A stretch of DNA of 64,000 nucleotides. Source: Rhizophagus irregularis. Its lineage: Eukaryota. Position numbers and translations under genes: made by a program. The notes under the pieces are model-generated. The model did no database searches. It worked only from the letters and a program-made list of their open reading frames with translations, and had not been told where the DNA came from. Positions within the stretch are counted from its first letter, which is position 1. Every line of letters begins with the position of its first letter. The DNA is taken from positions 62,001 to 126,000 of the forward strand of contig NC_089435.1 of assembly GCF_026210795.1 (NCBI RefSeq), read 5' to 3'. Below are positions 53,394-64,000 of this stretch, one piece after another.

Positions 53394-54577
53394 TTGACAA
53401 TATCGAAAAAGAAAATAAGTATGAATTGAAAGAGGGAATTTTATATAGAGTGAAGGGACAAAACAAATTTAGAGTAATCAGGGATTATGAATACGAGGGA
53501 TTAATGTACATGATGCATGATAATGAATTATCAGGACATTTTGAAATAGAAGCGACATTAGATAGAATAAAAGAAAATTATTGGTGGAAAAATATGAAGG
53601 AAGATGTAGAAGAATATGTAAGGACATGTTGGAGTTGTCAAATGAGAGGAAAACCAAGAGGAAAGAACGAGTTAACGTCGATAAAGATAAATGAGCCATT
53701 CGAGATGATTGGGATAGATATAGTTGGACCATTAAAAGAGACAGAAAAGGGAAATAAGTACATTGTAGTAGCAATGGATTATTTTACAAAATGGCCCGAG
53801 GCCGCACCACTAAAAGAAGCTACAGCAAAAGAAGTGGTAGAATTTATTTGGAGAGACATAATTTGTAGACATGGATGTCCAAAGAAAATAATTAGCGATA
53901 GAGGGACTCACTTTAACAATAAAATGATGGAAGAATTAGTAGAAAGATGTGGGATAAATCATAGATTAAGTACACCATATAGGCCACAAACAAATGGTTT
54001 GGTCGAAAGATTCAATAAAACTTTATGCGAAGGATTAGCCAAATTAGGAGAAGAAAATTGGGATAAACATATACCATCTGTATTATTTGCATATAGAACA
54101 AGAAAGCAATCGTCAACAAAAATTAAACCTTTTTACGTAACATACGGGAGGAGAGCGAAACTACCATTGGATAAAGATGAAAATAAAATAACATTAGCTG
54201 ATAGAGTAAAAATATTAATTGAGGAGCTACCAGTAATAAGAAGAAAAATGAAAGAAAATGTGGAAGAAGCTCAAGAGAGACAGAAACAACAACATGACAA
54301 AAGAGGAATTAGAAAACCTAAATTTGAAATAGGAGAAAAAGTATTATTATATGAAGCATGGAGAGAGAAACAATGGTCTGGAAAATTACAGAACAAATGG
54401 AAAGGACCATATTTAATTCACGAAGAATTTGGAAATGGGGCTTATAAACTCAAAGAATTGGACGGAAGAATACTAAAGACACCACAAAATGGGGAATGGT
54501 TAAAGAAATTTTACAATCGAGGGAGATTTACACCAAAAATAGTAATTAAAGGAAAAGAGGTATTCGATAAGACCTGA
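53366..54577 (+). CDS. Integrase, separate ORF
   Basis: HDNELSGH...CWSC zinc domain, GIDIVG, SDRG, ERFN and GPY. No chromodomain evident. Confidence 0.95.
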   Translation: MEENNYKRIIDNIEKENKYELKEGILYRVKGQNKFRVIRDYEYEGLMYMMHDNELSGHFEIEATLDRIKENYWWKNMKEDVEEYVRTCWSCQMRGKPRGKNELTSIKINEPFEMIGIDIVGPLKETEKGNKYIVVAMDYFTKWPEAAPLKEATAKEVVEFIWRDIICRHGCPKKIISDRGTHFNNKMMEELVERCGINHRLSTPYRPQTNGLVERFNKTLCEGLAKLGEENWDKHIPSVLFAYRTRKQSSTKIKPFYVTYGRRAKLPLDKDENKITLADRVKILIEELPVIRRKMKENVEEAQERQKQQHDKRGIRKPKFEIGEKVLLYEAWREKQWSGKLQNKWKGPYLIHEEFGNGAYKLKELDGRILKTPQNGEWLKKFYNRGRFTPKIVIKGKEVFDKT

Positions 54578-54652
54578 GTTCGATTCGATTAAAATTATTA
54601 TGAATGAGACACGAGTTCGATTCTATCAAAGTTATTTGTGAGGTCACAAATA

Positions 54653-54668
54653 GCGAAGGGGGGGATAA
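54653..54668 (+). promoter_or_regulatory. Polypurine tract of element A
   Basis: GCGAAGGGGGGGATAA immediately before TGTAAA. Confidence 0.85.
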
Positions 54669-55823
54669 TGTAAACGGTCGAATATCAAGTATGAAAAGAT
54701 GATAAAATTCAATCACCAAATGTAATTTTCAAATATTAAGAACGGACAAATTAACTATGAATTGACGTGGATGGATAAATAATTAGCCGAAAAGGATAAA
54801 CATTTAGGAAGAGTAATGATCTACATGATGTAATATTTATCAAATGATTGACAAAGAACCAATAGGATAAATAGAGTCGATCAATTGCGGCTTAGCAATC
54901 TTTAACAATAAGAACAATTAGAAAGAATAATTATAAGCCACAAAAGATAGATTATAAGCAAAACACATAAAGCGGATTGAAAGAACATATAAAATAATGT
55001 CAGAAAGATTAAAGAACGTAAAATAATATGAAAGATAATATAAAAAGATAGTATAAAGATGGAACATAAAAGATAACATGTTAAAAAGAACATATATAAA
55101 AAAAATTGAAAAGAACATATATAAAAAGATAACATATATAAAAAGATAGTATATTAAAAGATAGCGTATTTAAAATATAGATAGCGTATTAGAAAGATAA
55201 TTCAAAGATAATATGTAAAAAGAACATAATATGTAAAAAGAACATAAAAGATAGTATATAGATAGAATAGAAAGTAGCATAAAATTTGTATAAATAGAGA
55301 ACGGAATTCAAAGTAATTCCACAGTTCTCATCCACAGAACTCAATAAAAATATAAGTTAAATTTAATTATTTGTTAATGAAGTATAATATTAATTAAAGG
55401 TAATAGGTTCGCCCTAAACTTTAATTAATGTTCGCTTAATTAATTTTAATTGAATAAAATGGAAATTTAAGATGAATTAAATATATGCTTTCGGAAAGTA
55501 ATAATTCGTAGCGAGAGCTATCGAAGTTTGAAATTAAAGGTAAAAGTGGATATAATTTGGGGAAAATTTAGAGAAGTATATTTTATTTTATATCGTTCAA
55601 CGTTTTATATTACTAACGCTATTTATGTTGTGAACCAAGAATGTTGTTGTATATTGTTGTTGTATGTTGTTCGTTGATTATGTTGTTTGTTAATTATGCC
55701 ATTGATTATTTGCTTGTTCGTTTAATTGTTCGTTCGTTCGTTCATTCGTTCGTTCGACCATGGGAATGCCCGTTCGATGTGGCAACTCTGTAAATTGATG
55801 ACAGAGGGAATCGGGGGATCTCA
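54669..55823 (+). repeat. 3' LTR of element A (1155 bp)
   Basis: TGTAAACGG...GATCTCA. Confidence 0.95.
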
Positions 55824-55907
55824 CCATTTACATTATCCCCTCTTCGCTATTTGTGACCTCACAAATAACTTTGATAGAATCGAACTCGTGTCTCATTCAT
55901 AATAATT

Positions 55908-57134
55908 CTAATCGAATCGAACTCGGGTCTTATCGAATACCTCTTTTCCTTTAATTACTATTTTTGGTGTAAATCTCCCTCGATCGTAAAATTTCTTTAA
56001 CCATTCTCCATTTTGTGGTGTCTTTAGTATTCTTCCGTCCAATTCTTTGAGTTTATAAGCCCCATTTCCAAATTCTTCATGAATTAAATATGGTCCTTTC
56101 CATTTGTTCTGTAATTTTCCAGACCATTGTTTTTCTCTCCATGCTTCATATAATAATACTTTTTCTCCTATTTCAAATTTAGGTTTTCTAATTCCTCTTT
56201 TGTCATGTTGTTGTTTTTGTCTCTCTTGAGCTTCTTCCACATTTTCTTTTATTTTTCTTCTTATTACTGGTAGCTCCTCAATTAGTATTTTTACTCTATC
56301 AGCTAATGTTATCTTGTTTTCATCTTTATCCAATGGTAATTTCGCTCTTCTCCCATATGTTGCATAAAAAGGTTTAATCTTTGTTGATGATTGCTTCTTT
56401 GTTCTATATGCAAATAATACAGATGGTATATGTTTATCCCAATCTTCTTCTCCTAATTTGGCTAATCCTTCGCACAAAGTTTTATTGAACCTTTCGACCA
56501 AACCATTTGTTTGTGGTCTATATGGTGTACTTAATCTATGATTTATCCCACATCTTTCTACTAATTCTTCCATCATTTTATTGTTAAAGTGAGTCCCTCT
56601 ATCACTAATTATTTTCTTTGGACATCCATGTCTACAAATTATGTCTCTCCAAATAAATTCTACTACCTCTTTTGCTGTAGCTTCTTTTAGTGGTGCGGCC
56701 TCAGGCCATTTTGTAAAATAATCCATTGCTACTACAATGTATTTATTTCCCTTTTCTGTCTCTTTTAATGGTCCAACTATATCTATCCCGATCATTTCAA
56801 ATGGTTCATTTATCTTTACTGGCATCAATTCATTTTTTCCTCTTGGTTTTCCTCTCATTTGACAATTCCAACACGTTCTTACATATTCTTTTACATCTTC
56901 TTTCATATTTTTCCACCAATAATTTTCTCTTATTCTATCTAATGTTGCTTCTATTCCAAAATGTCCTGATAATTCATTATCATGCATCATATACATTAAT
57001 CCTTCGTATTCAAAATTCCTGATTACTCTAAATTTGTTTTGTCCTTTCACTCTATATAAAATTCCCTCCTTCAATTCATACTTATTCTCTTTTTCGATAT
57101 TGTTTATTATTCTCTTGTAATTATTTTCTTCCAT
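55908..57134 (-). CDS. Integrase of element B
   Basis: Near-identical to the integrase of A, with HHCC, DDE and GPY motifs. Confidence 0.95.
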   Translation of the reverse strand: MEENNYKRIINNIEKENKYELKEGILYRVKGQNKFRVIRNFEYEGLMYMMHDNELSGHFGIEATLDRIRENYWWKNMKEDVKEYVRTCWNCQMRGKPRGKNELMPVKINEPFEMIGIDIVGPLKETEKGNKYIVVAMDYFTKWPEAAPLKEATAKEVVEFIWRDIICRHGCPKKIISDRGTHFNNKMMEELVERCGINHRLSTPYRPQTNGLVERFNKTLCEGLAKLGEEDWDKHIPSVLFAYRTKKQSSTKIKPFYATYGRRAKLPLDKDENKITLADRVKILIEELPVIRRKIKENVEEAQERQKQQHDKRGIRKPKFEIGEKVLLYEAWREKQWSGKLQNKWKGPYLIHEEFGNGAYKLKELDGRILKTPQNGEWLKKFYDRGRFTPKIVIKGKEVFDKTRVRFD

Positions 57135-57178
57135 AATAGTTCTTTAATTGATTTTATTTCTGAATTCGTTGTTTTCAT
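57107..57178 (-). CDS. 23-aa version of the small linker ORF
   Basis: MKTTNSEIKSIKELLWKKIITRE*. Its ATG overlaps the kinase stop (ATGA). Confidence 0.5.
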   Translation of the reverse strand: MKTTNSEIKSIKELLWKKIITRE

Positions 57179-59249
57179 GCTTGTCTCCATTTTTCCACTT
57201 CTTTAAATACTTTCCTCCAACTATTATCATCATTTTTAACTTTTACTCGACTGTATCTTTTGGTATCTTTATACACACTCTGATTTTCTTTAAACATCTT
57301 AACCATATCTAAATATTCGTCCTTCTTTAATGTTGGGTATGATGATTTTTCCATTTTCTTCGTTTCTCTTCCGATGTAATTTTTCCAACACACATCGCCA
57401 TCTTTTTCTAAAAATATCACTATTGATTTATCTATTGTTTCTTTCAATCTGAATATTTCTTTTTCCATCTCATGATTTCCATGTGGAGTAATTAATCCTC
57501 TATCAAAACTTTTCGTCTTCTGATAATAATATTCACAATATGGTGATTTATCTAAAATTATTATATCTGTATCTTCATCATATTCTAACATTCTTCTGTT
57601 TATTTGTTCTACTACTTCTTTTCTAAATTTCCATTCTGTCTCCATCTTTGATTCGTGAAATTCATCTTTATCTTTTCTCCTTCTTTTATAAGTGTTGAAT
57701 CTTACTTTTAATCCTTGCTTTTCCCATTCTTTAATTAAATTTTGTACTATACTTGTTTTTCCTAATCCATCCACTCCATCTATTATTACTATTTCTGGTT
57801 GATCCTCTACTATCTTTAATAACCTACTTAACGCGTCAGCGTTCGTGTTTTCTTTTCCTGATCTATGTATTACTTCAAAATTATATTGTTGTAATTCCAT
57901 TACCCATCTTGCTCTTTTTCCTTTTGGTATCTTCGCATTCATTAATCCTTTCAATGCACTGTGATCTGTTATTACTTTAAATTTTCTATCGATTAAATAT
58001 TTATGAAAATGTTGAATTCCCCAAACTATTCCTAAACATTCCAATTCTGTTATCGGATAATTTTCTTCTGCTGGTAATAAACTTCTACTTGCATATACTA
58101 GCACTACTTCTTTTCCTTTTTCATCCTTTTGACTTAATACTGCACCTAATCCTTTTCCTGATGCATCTGTTACTAATAAAAATTCTTTCTTCCAATCTGG
58201 ATGTCGTAATATCGGATATTGTATTAACTTTTCTTTCAATTTTTCAAACGCTTCTTGTTGTTCTCTTCCCCAAATGAAAGGTACTCCCTTCTTTCTCAAA
58301 TCACTTATTGGTCTTGCTATCTTTGAAAAATTCTTCACAAATTTTCTGTAATATGAACAAAGTCCCAAAAATGATCTTACTTCTTTCACTGTTGTTGGTA
58401 CCTTCATTTCTTTTATCTTTTCTATCTTCTTATCATCTGGCCTTAATCCATCATTTCCTACTATATGTCCTAAAAATTCTATGTTTCTTTCCAAAAATCT
58501 ACATTTCTTTAATTTTATTATTAAATTATTCTCCTGTAACTTCTTTAATACTTTTCCACGTGTTCCATATGGTCTTTCAAATTTTCTGAATATATCATAA
58601 TATCATCGATATATACTACTACAAAATCGTTTATGTATTCTTCTAATATTTCATCCATTAATCTTTGAAATGTTGCTGGTGCATTCGTTAAACCGAATGG
58701 CATTACATTATACTCAAATAATCCTTTCGAACATACAAATGCTGTTTTTTCTTTGTCTTCTTCTCTCATTTCTACTTGATTAAATCCTGCCGCTAAATCT
58801 ATACTTGAAAACCATTTTGCTTTTCTGTATTTGTCTAATAATTCATCCATTCTTGGTAAAGGAAAACTATCCATTATAGTTATCTTGTTTAACTTTCTGT
58901 AATCAATACAGAATCTATATTTTCCCGTTTTCTTTCCTGCTAATGTAACAGGTGAACTCCATGGACTTTTTGATCTCCTTATCCTTCCCTGTCTTAACAA
59001 TTTATCCACTTCTTCGCTTATAAATCTTGCCTTTTCATCTGTTTCTTTGTATCTTCTTTGCTTTATTGGTTCTACTCCATCTTTTATCTTTATCTCATGT
59101 TGAGCTGCTTTCGTTCTTCCTTCTATTTCATCGTCGTATTCCAAAATATCTTGGTATTTTAATAGTAATTTTACCATATTTTCCCAAATTGGTTCTTCTA
59201 CTTTCCCTATACTTAGTTTTTGCATAAATTTTTCACATGGTTCGAGCAT
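57175..59249 (-). CDS. pol: RT-RNase H-P-loop kinase fusion of element B, with a frameshift at ~58550
   Basis: YIDD. RNase H and kinase are continuous in one 439-aa ORF. Confidence 0.93.
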
Positions 59250-59284
59250 CTTTTCCGTCTCTCTCTCTTCAGAGCCAAGACTCT

Positions 59285-59785
59285 CTATTTAAAATTCTGG
59301 TGCATTCTGAATACCTCCCCTTCATCGTTACTTTCATATTCTTCATCGTCTTCGCTCTCCTCACTTTCATATACTTCCCTTTCGTATCCTACTGGAATTG
59401 TTATTATTTCTCCCTGTTCTTCTATTCTTAAGGTATGATCTTCAAAATTTATTTTTGCATTATATAACTTCCATATATCATTTCCCAAAATTAGATCCTC
59501 TTCTTCTGAATCGATTACTTCAACTTCTTTCAGTATTTCTAATTCATCTTTGTATCTTAAAGTTATATTCGCCTTTCCTAACGCTGCTATCTTTTGCCCA
59601 TTTGCTATTGTACATCTAAATTTACTTTTTCCAAATATAGGTATATTCAATCTTCTTCTTAATTTATCTGTTATCACGCTTACTGCTGCTCCAGTATCTA
59701 TTATTACATTCACCAATTGATCTTCAACTTCTAATTCTGTTCTCATCGCTGTAGTTCTCTTTTCCTCGTTTTTCATAGTTCCCAC
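59285..59785 (-). CDS. Aspartic protease of element B
   Basis: DTGA and ILGND. Confidence 0.95.
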   Translation of the reverse strand: MGTMKNEEKRTTAMRTELEVEDQLVNVIIDTGAAVSVITDKLRRRLNIPIFGKSKFRCTIANGQKIAALGKANITLRYKDELEILKEVEVIDSEEEDLILGNDIWKLYNAKINFEDHTLRIEEQGEIITIPVGYEREVYESEESEDDEEYESNDEGEVFRMHQNFK

Positions 59786-59794
59786 CGAGTGTAG

Positions 59795-62700
59795 TCAATT
59801 TTTCTCATTTATATTTCTTGGCTTATATGTTCCTTCCCTCAATTGTTTATGATACTTAGTATTTTCATTTACCAACTGTCCAACTGTTATATTCGCTCTA
59901 CAATTTTTCACGTCTTCCACAATGTCATAAGGTGGTATTCCGTCAGTTAATTTTGGTCCATAAACTCTGGGCTTTCCTATTCCTGATGGCTTTGTTCTAA
60001 CCCATTCTCCAGATTCGTCTTGTCACATTCCGGGATAAAATACTTTGCCTTCTTTTGTAAACATTGGCTTATAAAATTTTCCGTCTCTTGTCATAGGTCG
60101 ATGACCATAATTATAATTCTCTGGTCCTATTGGATTGTCCCAATTCTGTTCAGTTCGTTCAGGTGTATATCTTGGTGTCAATATACCACTTGGTATTTCT
60201 CTATCATCCATTCTATTTCCTGCTTCTCTTAATTCTTCTTGTAAATTTCTTTCTTCATTGTTATTTTTGTATCCCACTATTGGGTTCGTCCTTCTCGTTT
60301 GTCTTCTTGGTTTTACTGCGTTATCTTTTGCGTATAATTCATTATAATAATTTAATTCCCTATCTTCATAATCATCGTAATAGCCTTGTGTATAGTATAC
60401 TTCGTTATATTGTGGTTCCTCGTATCCATATTCATCATAATCATATTCCTCTTGATCATAATACCCGTTTATCATATTTACTCTTGCATTCCTTCCTTCA
60501 GGACAATTATTCTTATAATGCCCCACTCTATTACATCTGAAACACGTTGGTACCCTATTCTGACTTGGTTGATAACTATTCCTATTATCATTATTTAATC
60601 TCCTTCCTCTATCTGATTGATACCTATTCCTATTATCATTATTTAATCTTCTCTCTATATTCGATACCAGTCCTTCTAATTTACTAATTCTTGCCTTTTC
60701 TTCAAATGCTTTAACTAATTCATCCTCATAATTATCGCTCAATGGTTTTGCAAACATATTTTGTCTATTATCATCTTTTCCGATGTCTATTCTCGCACTA
60801 ATTGGTGTACCTATCGCTTTCCTAATAAACTCGTCCTTTGCACCTTCTTCCCTTACTGCTATGTCTATTGCCCCATTTAAGTTCGCTGGGTTTTGTCTTC
60901 TAACTTGATAACCTATTGTTGGTTCTAATCCTTCAATATAAAAATCTACTTGATATTCGTCTGCCAAGGCATGTCCTCTAGTTGCTATTCTTAATATTTG
61001 TCTAAATCTTCTTGTGTATTCTTCAACACTTTCATTTACTTCTTGTCGAGTTTTTCTTAATTCTAGCATTTTCTTTCTTCTAACATCCTCTCTAGTAAAT
61101 CTCTTTTTTATTCTATGTTTTAAATCATTATCATTATCTACATCTGCCCAATTCACTAAGTGACCTGCATTCAATTCTTTCATTTCAATATACCATTGTG
61201 CTGCTGCTCCTCTTAAATGTGCTGCTGCGTATGCCGCTTGTCTTACACCATTAGCTCCTGCTGCTTTTCCGACTGCTGTGAATGCTACCTCAAATTGTCT
61301 AACCCAATCGTTAACATCTTCATCTTCTTTTCCATGAAAGAGTGGTATACTAATTGTTCCTCCTGCTTCATTCCCTGCATTTTCAATCCTATCTATCAAA
61401 CTCGCTCCTACTCCCACTGCTGCATTCAAAGTATTAGCTGGATAACCTAAAGCATTCTCTATTAATCTCTTTACTTGATTCTCTGTTGCCATATTTTCTT
61501 GAAATAAATCTTGTAAATTGTAATCAGATAATTCACTTTCGTTGTCAGAATTTTTAATATTTAATGAACTATTCGTGTCTGAGTTTTGACTTAAGTCGCT
61601 ACCTCCTCTATTTATATCATTTTCAATTTCATCTTCAAACTCATCTTCGTTAAAATTTTCAATATTCTCATCCCATATTTCATCTGGACTTAAGATTTCT
61701 CCAGTTTTTTCTGAATCATCTGTATTATCTTCTTCTGATTCTTCATTATCACTCTTTTCACCACTTTCTTCACTTTCTATTATTCCTGCTTGTTCTTTCA
61801 ACAACTTATTTAACTTTTTCTTCAATTCTTTTTCTGACTCATTTTTATTTTCTTGAAAGATTTCAATGAATTCTTTATCTAAAAGTTCTCCATCTGTATA
61901 TCCCATGCTAGTTAATCTTAACAATTCTTCTTCAGTTATTATTGTTCCGATATCTTCAAAAATCTTTTGTAATCTTTTTACTCGATCATCAATTTCATCA
62001 ATATCTTCTTCTTCACAATCTTTGCATACAGTTTTTCCTAATCTAAACATATAATTCATCCATCTTATTTCGCATCTTTCACACCAAGTTGTATTCTCAT
62101 TTAACCACTTATGAATCTCTCTTCTTAACTCTTTATCTCCTAATTCTATTATTCTCATATACCTTTCTATGAATTCTTCTGTTACCATTATCCGATTATT
62201 AACTCCAAAATTCTTTATTCTTTGAATTTCAGATACATCTATTGTGTATCCTAACTTTTCTAAGTTGTTTTTTAATTCTATTAATTCATCTTGTTCTTCT
62301 TCCCGTATTTCCTGATTACACTCTTCACATCTGCCATTTTCTTCTGATATCATATAATCTAATTTCTGTTTATTGCATCTATTACATATTTTCGTACTCA
62401 AATCCATCCATTCCTTTATGTCTTCAGACTTATCAAATCTTCCTTCCTGAAAAATATAGTATCTTATAAAATCACTTGTTAACAGTATTCCCGTTTCTAT
62501 CTTTTCTTTTATTCCAAATTTCATTATTTCTCTGACGAGCTTTTCTTTTGGGTTTACTATTAGTTGTCTTAATCCTGTCCTTATCTCACTTAATTTCCAC
62601 GTTTTGTCCTCTACTATTATTTCTATTTCTTCTTCGGAATCATATATTTCATTATCTTCTTCTTGCTCTATCTCTATAAGCTTGAATTTTTGTGTTCTTT

Positions 62701-63767
62701 CCATCGCTCCTTTTAACTCTGTTACAATCCATTCTATTACTCCATCATCTATTTTCAATATAATAGAATCTCTTACGTCTATATCTTCGCTATCCTTAAA
62801 TGTCATACTATCTGTCAGTTTTTTTTACAGTATCTTCCTGCAAATTCTCTCCCTCAGATAACATCTTTTCGAACCATTCTAATGAATCATTTCCATGATA
62901 CGTATATATTTGTTTACCTTCATATTTGTCATTCCACCAGTACCTGAATCTTTCAAATCTAAGATATAAACTCGTGTTAAAATTCTTTTTCATTTCGTAA
63001 CTTTCTAAGCTATCTTCGCTTTCTGAATCTTCTGGTTCTTTTGTAAAGCCCCTAGTATCTATAAATATTCTTATTATCTTTTGTACCATATTCCTGTGAT
63101 ATTCGTGAACATTTTCTATATCTATGTTCCCATATTCCATATTGGACATTAATTCCTTTACTTTCTTCTCGTTCGTAGCTATTCCTTCTTCTTCATATAG
63201 TAATTCCCTGAATGTCTTTATTGCTCCCATCTTTATTCGTAATGGTTCAACTTCTTTCGATATGATTTTGTACCATTGCCAAAACTTCTCAAACCTTCTT
63301 TCAACATCCCAATCTTCTAAAATATATTTGTGTTCTATTAATTCCAGATTTCCAATCAATCTATCAAATACTTCATTCCCCAGATTTCTTTCAATACAAT
63401 CCCTCACGATCACTAATATGATTGTTCGTAATCCCTTTTCTTTTATTTTCGGTTGTATTCTATATCTTATTGATTCCGTTATTCTATCCATTGTGTCTCT
63501 ACATTTCCCCTTATGTATTGTATCTTCTCTTTCTGAATTATCCATACTTAATAAATCTAATACTCCCTTAATTGTTACATCATTATATATTATTATTGCA
63601 TCTTCAAATTTAAATAATGCGTCCCAAAATTTCTTGAATACTATTGGTTCATTTACTATTGGATAACATAATTCACAATTTAAACATTCGTCCAATTCTT
63701 CCGTTCCTAGTTCGTGTTCCTCTTTATGTGTTCTATATTCGCTTTCCCATTGATGGTACCATTCCAT
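59795..63767 (-). CDS. gag: Gag of element B, with frameshifts at ~62807 and ~60023
   Basis: N-terminus homologous to A, capsid IPLFHGKEDEDVNDW, and a CCHC knuckle. Confidence 0.88.
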
Positions 63768-64000
63768 TGTACGCTTTAGTTAAGTTATTATGAATATCCA
63801 TCCAGAATTTCAATCGGATTCCCATCTCTATATATATATATACATTTTACTCTTTCTATTTTCGATCTTCTAAATATTCTTTTATCTTTAAATAGATTAT
63901 TTCTTCCAATCTTTAAATTCCATCTTTCATTTTTATATATTTACTATGCCATATTTTACTATTAATTTTTACTGCGCCTCAAAATTTCAAAAATTATTCT

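Larger units (their letters stand above)
44971..55823 (+). mobile_element. Ty3/Gypsy LTR retrotransposon A, full length and recent
   Basis: TG...CA LTRs, PBS, PPT, 4-bp TSD CCGT/CCAT, and domain order PR-RT-RH-IN. Confidence 0.96.
43877..64000 (-). mobile_element. Ty3/Gypsy LTR retrotransposon B; 5' LTR lies outside the window
   Basis: The 3' LTR is 55832-55828 plus 44970-43877 (TG...CA), split by element A. The PPT abuts 55833. gag, PR, RT-RH and IN are on the minus strand. Confidence 0.93.

Noticed and set aside
48195..53774. Many antisense ORFs over gag/pol, and the mirror set in B
   Set aside because: Shadow ORFs caused by the strong purine bias of the coding strand.

Overview
Very AT-rich eukaryotic DNA with many short GT-AG introns, made up almost entirely of transposable elements. 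Composition and gene style resemble a glomeromycotinan (arbuscular mycorrhizal) fungus; this is an inference. From left to right: a complete but decayed CACTA/EnSpm element (954-7693, 23-bp TIRs, transposase plus a divergent accessory gene); hAT remnants and MITEs with 8-bp TSDs; MULE, CACTA and Plavaka-like fragments; a second CACTA two-gene cassette flanked by arrays of ~82-bp palindromic repeats; a few intron-containing genes of unknown function; and two nested, oppositely oriented Ty3/Gypsy LTR retrotransposons. Element A (44971-55823, +) is inserted a few bp inside the 3' LTR of element B (minus strand, running off the right edge). The standout result is that both Gypsy copies carry a thymidylate/deoxynucleoside-kinase-like P-loop domain directly after RNase H. 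They also share the same split layout: Gag | UGA-CUA | protease | RT-RNaseH-kinase | small ORF | separate integrase. Their Gag proteins are strongly divergent and contain a copy-number-variable zinc-ribbon module. All calls are by eye; no database searches were run.
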